From assembly GCA_002011035.2 (NCBI GenBank), contig MTLY02000003.1, forward strand, positions 93,194 through 117,193: a stretch of 24,000 nt of DNA, written 5' to 3'. The position numbers and the translations under genes are program-made. The stretch comes from Candidatus Hecatella orcuttiae. GTDB lineage: Archaea > Thermoproteota > Bathyarchaeia > Hecatellales > Hecatellaceae. The notes under the pieces are model-generated. The model was not told where the DNA came from, searched no databases, and saw only the letters and a program-made list of their open reading frames with translations. Each line of letters starts with the position of its first letter. Positions within the stretch are counted from its first letter, which is position 1. Shown piece by piece: positions 8,361 to 16,280 of this stretch.

Positions 8361-8945
8361 CTACCTTTCAACTTTCTCCGTAAGCTTTAAAACCGGTGAA
8401 AGCAGCCTCTCCGCTTCCTCATCCCCCGTCTGGGTGATCCGGAAGGCTTTCATCCCGTCTTTGTCCACTCCCGCCGAAGTCAGCCTGCCTGTGGTGACCA
8501 GCTTGTTCAGGGTGTCGTTGAAATTAGCCGGAGCGGCCAGACGGGCTTCCGCGTAGGCTTCTTGAAGGTCTCGGGCGTTAACCGTCTGAAGCCCTCTCAC
8601 GTTGTAGAGGTAGTAGACGATGAGCAGCGCCTTCTCGGTGTGAGCTTTCACCCCGGACCTTTTAAGCACCTCCACCAAGGACAGCTCCCCGAGAGAAAGC
8701 GCGGCTGGAGCCTTGGGTGTAAAGGCTGGAGGTGGGACTTGGGCGGACGGCAGCCGGCTTCGGGTGAACTCTTCCGCCACCTCCTTCATCAGGCTTAGAT
8801 TATCTCTCACCGCCTCTAAGATGCTTCTCAGGGATTCTCCAAATCCTTCGGTTTTCCAGCCTTTGAGCTCGATGGTTAAGGGCCCTAAGCTCAACTTCAG
8901 GAGGTTTCCGTTTCTCTGAAGCGCGGTTTCTCTTTCTTCTCCCAT
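8361..8945 (-). CDS. Hypothetical DNA-binding protein: N-terminal beta-hairpin/helix module, Pro-rich linker, C-terminal winged-helix-like domain
   Basis: The 194 aa ORF has an N-terminus LLKLSLGPLTIELKG...FGESLRSILEAV and a linker PSAQVPPPAFTPKAPA. Its C-terminus ARDLQEAY...FNDTLNKLVTTGRLTSAG...AFRITQTGDEEAERLL resembles a wHTH recognition helix plus wing. The architecture parallels ORFs 21788..22243 and 22249..22767. A TATA-like TTTATTAT on the minus strand (8972..8983) lies about 30 nt upstream. Confidence 0.55.
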   Translation of the reverse strand: MGEERETALQRNGNLLKLSLGPLTIELKGWKTEGFGESLRSILEAVRDNLSLMKEVAEEFTRSRLPSAQVPPPAFTPKAPAALSLGELSLVEVLKRSGVKAHTEKALLIVYYLYNVRGLQTVNARDLQEAYAEARLAAPANFNDTLNKLVTTGRLTSAGVDKDGMKAFRITQTGDEEAERLLSPVLKLTEKVER

Positions 8946-8971
8946 TTCTCCCTCACCATTAAGAGGTTCTG

Positions 8972-9051
8972 AGGATAATAAAGCTAGTATCCTTAGAGCA
9001 GAGGCTCTCTACCTAGCGTAAGGCTGTCCGCCTATTCTAAACATTTATTTT
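8972..9051. promoter_or_regulatory. Divergent promoter region between the wHTH gene (minus) and the Lrp-TRASH gene (plus)
   Basis: GGATAATAAAGC (8972..8983; TTTATTAT on the minus strand) lies about 30 nt upstream of the ATG at 8945. ACATTTATTTT (9041..9051) lies about 35-40 nt upstream of the ATG at 9085. A short inverted repeat AGAGC-AGAG-GCTCT sits near 8996..9009. Confidence 0.35.
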
Positions 9052-9066
9052 CTCAGCGGAGATCAT

Positions 9067-9714
9067 GTGATAGGGTTAAGCCTCATGCCTATCGAGTTAG
9101 ATGAAGTTGACTTGACTATACTTAGGGAGCTGATGGAGGACGGAAGGAAGGCCTTCCGCCAGATAGCCAAAGCAGCCCAGGTGAGCACTCCCACCGTTGA
9201 AAGCCGTTTCAGAAAGATGCTCAACATGGAACTCATCAAGAAAATAGCCCCCATCCTCGACCCGAACAAGATCGGCTACGGGGTGGTGGCCACCGTTACC
9301 TTGAACGTGGAGGTTCCCCGCCTTGAATCCATCCTCCACACCCTCTCCCAGCGGGAGGAGGTAAGAAGTCTCTACGTGGTAGCCGGGGAAGCCAACCTGC
9401 TTCTCCAAGTTTTCTTCCAGAACATAAGGGAGCTCCAAGACTTCCTTCAGACAACCTTGGGGAAGATGGAAGGCCTGACCGTTGTGTCCAGCCACGTCGT
9501 CACAAGGGTGGTGAAGGAGGAAAGCTCGGTGGTGATCAAGCCCCGAGCCGGCCTCCGCCTGTCCTGCGACTACTGCGGCCGGGAAATCTGCGAAAAGCCG
9601 GGGGTCTTGGAAGTGGGAGGCGGGGAGCGGTATTTCTGCTGCAAACTTTGTCTTGAAGCCTACCGGGAAAAGTACAGGGAAAGAATAGAGAAGATCTCGG
9701 AAGGAAGCCGCTGA
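9067..9714 (+). CDS. Lrp/AsnC-family transcriptional regulator fused to a C-terminal TRASH (metal-binding) domain
   Basis: The ORF has an AsnC-type HTH (LDEVDLTILRELMEDGRKAFRQIAKAAQVSTPTVESRFRKM) and a RAM/AsnC_trans_reg-like middle section (GYGVVATVTLNV...SLYVVAGEANLLLQV). The C-terminal CDYC-x20-CCKLC fits the TRASH pattern C-x2-C-x19-22-C-x3-C. The TATA-like box at 9041..9051 favours the ATG at 9085 (MPIELDE) as the true start. Confidence 0.85.
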   Translation: MIGLSLMPIELDEVDLTILRELMEDGRKAFRQIAKAAQVSTPTVESRFRKMLNMELIKKIAPILDPNKIGYGVVATVTLNVEVPRLESILHTLSQREEVRSLYVVAGEANLLLQVFFQNIRELQDFLQTTLGKMEGLTVVSSHVVTRVVKEESSVVIKPRAGLRLSCDYCGREICEKPGVLEVGGGERYFCCKLCLEAYREKYRERIEKISEGSR

Positions 9715-9725
9715 CTTTTCAAGCC

Positions 9726-11042
9726 TTACCTAATTCTCACATACTGGTAGGCCCCGGTGAGGCTGTGGAAGCAATAGTGAACCTTCTGGTACTGTTTCCT
9801 GAACTCAGCCACCTTGCTTCTGACTTTTTCAGGCGGCTTCCCGTCGACGATGACCTGTTTGAGGAAGTCGGCTATCTCCTCCATCTCAGGCTCCCTCATT
9901 CCCAGCCGGGTTACCTCGGAGGTTCCGAGGCGGATGCCGCCGGGGTTCTGGTAGTGGCGTCCCATCTTGATGTCCCAGGGGAGGAGGTTTCTGTTGGTGA
10001 TGATGTTGGCGTTTTCCAGCTTCTTCTCCAAGGTTCCCCCATCTCCGTAGGGGGTGATGTCCACCCAGACCACATGGGATTCAGTGAAGCCTTTCTTCTC
10101 CCCTAGGACTTTGAGCCCCCTCTCCCAGAGCGCTTGGGCTAGGGCTTTGGCGTTTCTGACAACCTGCTTCATGTATTCTCTTCCAAACTCCAACATTTCC
10201 GCCAGCATGACCGCTACTCCTGCCACAGCGTGGAGATGATGGTTGCTGACAAGCCCTGGGAAGGTTACCTTCTTCACCTGTTCAGCGTAGGTTTGGCGGG
10301 CGACGATCATACCGTGCTGAGGGCCGGGGAGAGTCTTGTGGGTGCTCATGGTCACGGCATCAGCGCCCTCCCGTAAGGGGTCTTGAAACAGGCCGCAAGC
10401 TATCAGTCCAGCCACATGGGCGGCGTCGTAGACCACTTTCGCCCCGGCTTCGTGGAAGGCCTCCGCCAGCTCCCTCACCGGATGGGGGAAGGGGAGGACG
10501 CTTCCTCCGAACATGGCCAGTTTAGGCGGGTCCTTTTCCCTGACCATATCCCTCAGCCTCTTCCTGGTTTCCTCCACGTCGATGTTCAGGTCTTCATAGC
10601 TGTAGGGGAAATACTCCACGCGGAGCCTTCGGGCTATGCCGGCGGTGCCGCCTAGCTCTCTCTTTCCCGTGGTTATGTGCCCCCCGCAGGGTATGGAAAG
10701 GGCGAACATGCGGTCGTGGGGTTCGGTGAAGAGGGAGTAAACAACGAGGTTGGCGACCACCCCGGAGATAGGCCGGACGTCGGCGAATTCAGCTCGGAAA
10801 AGCTTTTTCGCCATTTCGCTGCAGAGCATCTCCACCCGGTCGATGTACGGGCATCCGGCATAGACTCTTTCCCCCGGCCAGCCTTCAGCGTAGCGGTTTC
10901 CGAAATCGGTGGCCAAAGCCTCCCGAACCGCGGGGCTGGGAATGTTCTCGCTGGCTATGAGGGGGATCACTTCTCTAAACCAGCTGTGATGTTCCTCTAA
11001 AAGCCTCAGAACCTGGTCGTAGTAGGTGTGAGCATAGGACAC
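9726..11042 (-). CDS. glyA: Serine hydroxymethyltransferase
   Basis: The 438 aa ORF contains the PLP-lysine motif TMSTHKTLPGPQHG, an N-terminal LIASENIPSPAVREA and GNRYAEGWPG. These are characteristic of SHMT, and the archaeal type matches in length. Confidence 0.95.
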   Translation of the reverse strand: MSYAHTYYDQVLRLLEEHHSWFREVIPLIASENIPSPAVREALATDFGNRYAEGWPGERVYAGCPYIDRVEMLCSEMAKKLFRAEFADVRPISGVVANLVVYSLFTEPHDRMFALSIPCGGHITTGKRELGGTAGIARRLRVEYFPYSYEDLNIDVEETRKRLRDMVREKDPPKLAMFGGSVLPFPHPVRELAEAFHEAGAKVVYDAAHVAGLIACGLFQDPLREGADAVTMSTHKTLPGPQHGMIVARQTYAEQVKKVTFPGLVSNHHLHAVAGVAVMLAEMLEFGREYMKQVVRNAKALAQALWERGLKVLGEKKGFTESHVVWVDITPYGDGGTLEKKLENANIITNRNLLPWDIKMGRHYQNPGGIRLGTSEVTRLGMREPEMEEIADFLKQVIVDGKPPEKVRSKVAEFRKQYQKVHYCFHSLTGAYQYVRIR

Positions 11043-11214
11043 AAGGGAGTCCTCCTGAACTCTTTCTCAATAGTATGCAGTAGGATAAAAGAATTCTCGG
11101 CCTTTGAAGGGGAAATTCAGCTTTTCTAGGCTGAAAACTCTGGCTTAAATCCTAGAGACCTACCCTAAAATTGAAGTAGGCTAAATATTGTAGTTTGAGA
11201 TATATTTAGTTAAG

Positions 11215-12015
11215 GTGAACTTTTTGACTCATCAAAAACTACCCAAGGATGTGCTGTGCGGAATCTACTCTCCAGGGCGGCGGCTGGTTGAGTTCGCCGT
11301 GGAAAAGAAGAACGTGGTAGGGGCTTTGGCGAAGATCTCAGGCGAAATCGCCCGGCTGGGCGTAGACGTTTTCTCAGGTTTCCTCACAGCGTATCCGGGT
11401 GAGGAGCGTTCGCTGTGGAGTTTTGTCGCCGACTTGACAGGCCTTGATTTGACGCCTGAAAAGGTTGCGGAGGAGCTTAGAAAACTCGATGTGGTGTTGA
11501 ATGTCAGATACGCGGAAGCGAGGCTCGACGGCTTGATCATCGACGACTTGCACTTTCCCCTGAAGGCTTCGCTGGGGGAAAGAAACATTCTCATACGCGT
11601 CAAGTCAGTGGCAGACATGTTTGATAGGATCTTTAAAGACTTCGGCACCGGCGGAGTGGCCATCGTCTACAAGATGGGTCTAGAGGCGGGGAAGCGCAAG
11701 GCAGAAGCCACCAAGGCCCACTACAGAGTAGACGGGCGGGAGATGTTGGAAATAATCTTGGCTGAACGGATAGCGAAAGGCTGGGGAATCCCAAGGCTGA
11801 TAGAATTCAACCAAGAAGAGGCTGAGGCTACGGTGGAGGTTCAGGAACTGTTCGAATGCACCCCCTACAAGGGGAGGCTGAAGGAAGCCCGGAGCCATCT
11901 TTTCAGGGGGTACCTCAGCGGAGTGCTGACTGTGCTGTTTGGCAGAGAGGTTTTAGTCTCCGAGGTTGAGTGCATCGCCAAAGGAGACCCCTACTGCAAG
12001 TTTAAAGTTTCATAA
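11215..12015 (+). CDS. ACT domain - V4R domain protein (putative small-molecule sensor)
   Basis: The N-terminus is ACT-like (VEFAVEKKNVVGALAKISGEIARLGVDVFS). The C-terminus is V4R-like (GLEAGK...GWG...ECTPYKG...SHLFRGYLSGVL...VECIAKGDPYCKFKV), ending in the typical Cys-x-x-G-D-x-x-C-x-F. An AT-rich TATA-like box lies at 11182..11190. Confidence 0.7.
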   Translation: MNFLTHQKLPKDVLCGIYSPGRRLVEFAVEKKNVVGALAKISGEIARLGVDVFSGFLTAYPGEERSLWSFVADLTGLDLTPEKVAEELRKLDVVLNVRYAEARLDGLIIDDLHFPLKASLGERNILIRVKSVADMFDRIFKDFGTGGVAIVYKMGLEAGKRKAEATKAHYRVDGREMLEIILAERIAKGWGIPRLIEFNQEEAEATVEVQELFECTPYKGRLKEARSHLFRGYLSGVLTVLFGREVLVSEVECIAKGDPYCKFKVS

Positions 12016-12046
12016 CTCATATACTTAAGATGATTAGGGGAAGGTT

Positions 12047-12517
12047 TTGTCCGAGAAAAGTATGTTGGAGAAGCTCCAGGGCTATTATTCCGTTGAACTG
12101 TATTCAGAAATCGAGTACAAGAGGTTCGCCGATAAGACCGATAACGTCTACGCCAAAAGCTTGTACACGAAACTGGCTGAAGATGAAAGGCGGCATCAAG
12201 GAATACTGAAGGACATCGCTGCATTCTACCATCCGGATTGGAGAGACATCCTAGTAGAGGTGAAGCCTTCGACTCCCATCCAACCCGAGAAACTAACCAT
12301 CACCTCCGAAGTTCAAGAAGCCTACCACGCTATGAAATTCCACCTGAAACTGGAGTTCCTAGCCGTGACGGAATACAGGAAGACAGCCCAAGAAACCCGG
12401 GAGCCCAAGCTCAGAGACCTATGGTTGAATCTAGCATCCGACGAGGAAAGACATCACCGCGAGATAAACTCCCTACTCCAAGCCTTCGAAAAAGCCTACA
12501 AAGAGATTATAAAATAG
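12047..12517 (+). CDS. Ferritin-like/rubrerythrin-family di-iron domain protein
   Basis: The 156 aa ORF has two E...ExxH half-sites: EIEY...LAEDERRHQGIL and LEFLAVTEY...LASDEERHHREI. This is the four-helix-bundle di-iron pattern. ATG 12062 is an alternative start. Confidence 0.7.
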   Translation: MSEKSMLEKLQGYYSVELYSEIEYKRFADKTDNVYAKSLYTKLAEDERRHQGILKDIAAFYHPDWRDILVEVKPSTPIQPEKLTITSEVQEAYHAMKFHLKLEFLAVTEYRKTAQETREPKLRDLWLNLASDEERHHREINSLLQAFEKAYKEIIK

Positions 12518-12529
12518 ACCGCCCGGCTT

Positions 12530-13582
12530 CTACTCAACTTTGACGTGGAAAAAGCTTCTTGTGCTTTTACAGAGCCAGACTAGGAAGAGCATGAAGGGAA
12601 CTTCGGTTAAGACTCCCACAACGGTAGCCAAAGCCGCCCCTGAGGCTAGGCCGAATAGAACCGTAGCCACAGCGATGGCCACCTCGAAATGGTTGCTTCC
12701 CGCGATGATGGCAGTGGGCGCAGCGTCCTCATAGGAGAGATGGATGACCTTGGAAAGCAGATAGGCTATTCCGAAGACAAGGAGGATGTTGGCGAAGATA
12801 CCCGTTGCGATCATTCCGATCACCAAGGGCTGCTCCACCACCACGTAGCCCTGCAGGGAAAACAGCACCACCAAGGTGATGAGCAAGGCGACGACGGAGG
12901 CCCTGCCCAGCCGGGGGGCAAGTCTCAAGTTAAACCACTCGAGGCCCCTCCTCTTGATGGTTTGGCTTCGCGTAATATAGCCTGCGATGAGAGGGACGAC
13001 GATGTAGACCGTCACGGCGAAGGCTATGGTCTCCCAAGGAACCACGATGCCGGAAATCCCTAGGAGATAAACAGCCAAAGGAGCGTAGAGGACCACCATG
13101 GTCAGGGAATTTATAGCCGTCATGACAAGGGTGTGCCCCATGTTCCCGCGGGCTAGGTAGCTCCAAACGAGGACCATGGCAGTGCAGGGGGCGACGCCTA
13201 GGAGGATCAGTCCCGCCCTGTACTGGGCGGAAAGCTCCGAAGACAGGAAAGGGGCGAAGACCACACCTAAAAATAGCCAAGCGAAGAAGGCCATGGTGAA
13301 AGGCTTCACCGCCCAGTTGGCGAAGAGGGTGGCGGCGATGGGCTTAGGGGTCTTCCCCGCCTTCACAACCTCTTTAAAATCAATCTGCACCATGATGGGG
13401 TAGATCATGGCGAAAAGGCAGACAGCGATGGGAATGGACACGTAAGCCACGGTCAACTTGCTGAGAACGTCGGATATCTGCGGGAAAAGCCTCCCCAAGC
13501 CAATGCCGGCGATTATGCAGAGAACCACCCAGACGCTCAGGTATTTCTCCCAAACCCCCAGCCTTCTTTCCTTCGTAGCCAT
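12530..13582 (-). CDS. acr3: ACR3-family arsenite efflux carrier
   Basis: The 350 aa ORF has about 10 TM segments. Its N-terminus LGVWEKYLSVWVVLCIIAGIGLG, the IYPIMVQIDF segment and the signature GVAPCTAMVLVWSYLARGN (with the conserved transport Cys) are those of Acr3/ArsB(ACR3). Confidence 0.9.
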   Translation of the reverse strand: MATKERRLGVWEKYLSVWVVLCIIAGIGLGRLFPQISDVLSKLTVAYVSIPIAVCLFAMIYPIMVQIDFKEVVKAGKTPKPIAATLFANWAVKPFTMAFFAWLFLGVVFAPFLSSELSAQYRAGLILLGVAPCTAMVLVWSYLARGNMGHTLVMTAINSLTMVVLYAPLAVYLLGISGIVVPWETIAFAVTVYIVVPLIAGYITRSQTIKRRGLEWFNLRLAPRLGRASVVALLITLVVLFSLQGYVVVEQPLVIGMIATGIFANILLVFGIAYLLSKVIHLSYEDAAPTAIIAGSNHFEVAIAVATVLFGLASGAALATVVGVLTEVPFMLFLVWLCKSTRSFFHVKVE

Positions 13583-13704
13583 CCCACCGGCACGCTCAGG
13601 AGCGATATTTCTTTCGTCTTTCTTATTATTGACTTTCTATTTGAATTCAATCAACTATGCTGACGCATCTATATGAGTTTGGTTCTGATAAGAAAATATA
13701 GGGT

Positions 13705-13720
13705 AAAAAAAGGCCTTTTT
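13705..13720 (-). terminator. Oligo-T tract within a short palindrome downstream of the BASS-family gene
   Basis: The plus strand reads AAAAAAAGGCCTTTTT. On the minus strand, 5 nt after the stop at 13726, this gives AAAAAGGCC followed by T7. Archaeal termination typically uses oligo-T tracts. Confidence 0.35.
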
Positions 13721-13725
13721 ACGCG

Positions 13726-14664
13726 CTAAGATTTTTTGAGCAGCTTTACCAAAAAAGGCGCAGTGATAAGCATAATCATCCCATAGACAGCGGAAGGTAA
13801 AGCCACCTCAGGGCTGAAGAATTGGAGGGCGACGGCGGTTCCGACGCCGAATTCCTTCATGCCGACGGTAAACATGTAGGTCTTAGAGCCTCCCTCAAAC
13901 TTCATCAATTTTCCAGCTAGGGAGCCGATTAGGTAGCCGCTGAGGTTTAGGATCAGCAGCAACACAGCTAACCAGATGACGCCTATGCTTAGGATGGCCT
14001 CAGCATTGCTGGATGCCACGGTGAATATCAGCAGGACCACCATAACTGACGACAGAGAGGAAAACCGCTCCCTGTATTCTGCCAGTTTTTGAAATCTTGT
14101 CCGCAGCAAGGAGCCTAAAATGACAGGTAAGGCTACAATGAGCAACAGTTCCATCAGCATTTCACCCGCGTCTACAGCCACCGACCTCCCAGCAAACAGC
14201 GAAAGCAACAGGGGCATGATGAAGGGTGCCACTAGGATGGAGCTTCCCATGATAGCTGTGGCGAGGGCGAGGTTTCCGCCTGCAAGGTAGACCATCAAGG
14301 CGGAGGTTATCTCAGAGGGAGCAACGCCGATTATCAAGATGCCTAGGGCGGTGTGGGGGTTTTCTGCCCAGAATGTGAGGGACAGAGCTACAACCGGAAT
14401 CACGGAGTATTGAACCCCCAGCGCGGCCAGTATTTTTTGAGGGGTTCTCGCCACTCTTCCGAAGTCTTGGAAGGTAAGTGTTAACCCCAAACCTAGAATC
14501 ATCACGAACAAGATGGGGTCTACGTAGTGGGAGAGAAAGGAAAATTTGGGAAACAGCACGCCGGTGATCGCGAAAACGATCACCAGAAACAGAAGGTTGT
14601 CGTTAATCCATCTGGATAATCCCATGGATAAGGCCCTTAGGGAAAAAGATGGAGGCTCAAACAA
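13726..14664 (-). CDS. Bile acid:sodium symporter (BASS/SBF-like) family carrier
   Basis: The 312 aa ORF is polytopic. It carries the motif GVAPSEITSALMVYLAGGNLALA, which resembles the BASS/BART-superfamily crossover-helix motif, and a second FTVGMKEFGVGTAVA repeat half. Confidence 0.7.
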   Translation of the reverse strand: MFEPPSFSLRALSMGLSRWINDNLLFLVIVFAITGVLFPKFSFLSHYVDPILFVMILGLGLTLTFQDFGRVARTPQKILAALGVQYSVIPVVALSLTFWAENPHTALGILIIGVAPSEITSALMVYLAGGNLALATAIMGSSILVAPFIMPLLLSLFAGRSVAVDAGEMLMELLLIVALPVILGSLLRTRFQKLAEYRERFSSLSSVMVVLLIFTVASSNAEAILSIGVIWLAVLLLILNLSGYLIGSLAGKLMKFEGGSKTYMFTVGMKEFGVGTAVALQFFSPEVALPSAVYGMIMLITAPFLVKLLKKS

Positions 14665-14735
14665 TTAAGCCGTTCGCAGGCGGCTGCCTATCACTTAGAT
14701 AAACAACCAAAACCCATATAATACCAAGCCCTTAC

Positions 14736-15536
14736 ATGTCTTTAGCCATGACCCTCCGCTCCAGACAGCTTAAAACCCCCAACCTCAGACAGGTTTCTCT
14801 CGTCTGCGGCTTCCCGGACATGGGGTTTGTGGGAAAGCAGTCCGTGGACTATCTCATCCAAGAGCTTAAAGCAGAGCTTTTCCGGGAGCTCTACTCCTCC
14901 CACTTCCCTCCCCACGTCCTCATCCGGAAAGACGGCACGGTGGAGCTGATGAAAAACGAATTCTACTACTGGAAGAACCCGGAAGGGGCGTGGGACCTCG
15001 TGTTTTTCACAGGGAACACTCAAGCAGCCTCCCCCGAGGGACAGTTCGAGGTGGTGGAGGAAGTGCTAAACCTAGCTCAAAAATACGGTGTTCAAAGAAT
15101 CTTCACTCTCTCCGCCCACGTGGTAGAGTCCCGAAGCCCTGATAAGCCCCCCAAAGTCTATGGGGCTGTCACCCATGTTGAACTGGTGAAACTTCTGGAG
15201 AAACATGGAATCGCCCTCCTAGAACGGGGACTCATCGAAGGTGTTCAAGGACTTCTCCTAGGGGAGGCTAGGCTCCGAGGGATGGAGGGCCTCTGCCTCT
15301 TAGGGGAAACTCCCGCCTTTACCACTCCTTCAGGCCGGCCTATTGTGGACGCTAAATCCGCGAGGGCTGTGTTGGAGGTGTTAACCAAACTCCTAGGCAT
15401 ACAGGTCAGCATGGCCGAACTGGAGAAGCAGGCTAAGCTGACGGAGGAGTTCATCCTGAAACTGGAGAAACTCGAGCAAAGCGTGTTGGAGAAGATGGTG
15501 AAAGCCCGACCTCCCGGGCAGTCCTACTACGTGTGA
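14736..15536 (+). CDS. PAC2-family proteasome assembly chaperone (PbaA/PbaB-like), C-terminal HbYX-like tail
   Basis: The 266 aa ORF has an N-terminal CGFPDMGFVGKQSVDYLI...ELYSSHFPP typical of PAC2/DUF75 proteins. A coiled C-terminal extension ends in ...GQSYYV, with the penultimate Tyr preceded by an aromatic residue. TATA-like CATATAATA lies at 14714..14722, and ATG 14748 is an alternative start. Confidence 0.7.
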   Translation: MSLAMTLRSRQLKTPNLRQVSLVCGFPDMGFVGKQSVDYLIQELKAELFRELYSSHFPPHVLIRKDGTVELMKNEFYYWKNPEGAWDLVFFTGNTQAASPEGQFEVVEEVLNLAQKYGVQRIFTLSAHVVESRSPDKPPKVYGAVTHVELVKLLEKHGIALLERGLIEGVQGLLLGEARLRGMEGLCLLGETPAFTTPSGRPIVDAKSARAVLEVLTKLLGIQVSMAELEKQAKLTEEFILKLEKLEQSVLEKMVKARPPGQSYYV

Positions 15537-15551
15537 GGAGAGGAAAACCGG

Positions 15552-16280
15552 TTGACGGTCTCACCCTCCTGCAAGGTCAGATTCCTGTTCAAGCCCAAAG
15601 TATCCGCCCCCACAGCTGTAGTGGGCTCTCCGGGGCTCAGGTCCATCGGCAAGCTGGCCTTAAACCTTCTCAGGGAGCAGCTTCAACCTAAGCTTTGGGC
15701 TGAGCTTTACTCCCCCAGCTTCCCGGCTGTGCATCAGACTCGCCCATCCTACGCCTCCCAGCCAAGCCTCCCCGGCTGGGCCGGCGGGTTGTTGGAAGGG
15801 AAAGCCCTAAGCCTACCTAGGGTTAAATTTTTCCTAACCTCCGCTCCGACCCCGTTGGTGGTGGTTGAAGGCTACCACGCCAACTTCCAGGGCCAATACG
15901 AGGTGGCGGAGAGGGTTGTAGAACTCCTAGGGGAGCTGGGTGTCAAAAGAATGTACGTGCTGGCCGGTTACGGGTTGGAGGGGGCGGAGGTAGCCTGCGC
16001 CGCCACCAGCCTAAACCTCTTGGAGGAGGCTAAGAAGTTCGGGCTTGAACCCGGCTACGAAGGCCCTTTCATGGGCTTCTCCGGCCTCGTCTTCGGCTTA
16101 GGAATGTTAAAGGGCATCGAAGGCCTCTGCCTGTTTGGGAAAACCCAGCCTGACCCCGCGGAGCCGGAAAACCCCGACCCGCAGGCGGCCGCTGCGGTGG
16201 TGAGAAAGCTGGACGCCATCCTAAACCTCCGCCTAGACTCTTCCCGCCTCATGGGTGAGGGAAAAGAAGGTCGAAATTGA
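15552..16280 (+). CDS. PAC2-family protein, second paralogue
   Basis: The 242 aa ORF has a TTG start. VVGSPGLRSIGKLALNLL...ELYSPSFPA parallels the N-terminus of the preceding gene, and GIEGLCLFG matches GMEGLCLLG of the paralogue. It has no HbYX-like C-terminus (ends KEGRN). Confidence 0.6.
   Translation: MTVSPSCKVRFLFKPKVSAPTAVVGSPGLRSIGKLALNLLREQLQPKLWAELYSPSFPAVHQTRPSYASQPSLPGWAGGLLEGKALSLPRVKFFLTSAPTPLVVVEGYHANFQGQYEVAERVVELLGELGVKRMYVLAGYGLEGAEVACAATSLNLLEEAKKFGLEPGYEGPFMGFSGLVFGLGMLKGIEGLCLFGKTQPDPAEPENPDPQAAAAVVRKLDAILNLRLDSSRLMGEGKEGRN

Noticed and set aside
11116-11156. Short inverted repeats (TTCAGC/GCTGAA and TCTAGG/CCTAGA) in the glyA / ACT-V4R divergent spacer
   Set aside because: With only 6-bp arms, such repeats are expected by chance in a 170-bp AT-rich spacer. 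There is no flanking oligo-T or conserved motif to suggest a riboswitch or operator.
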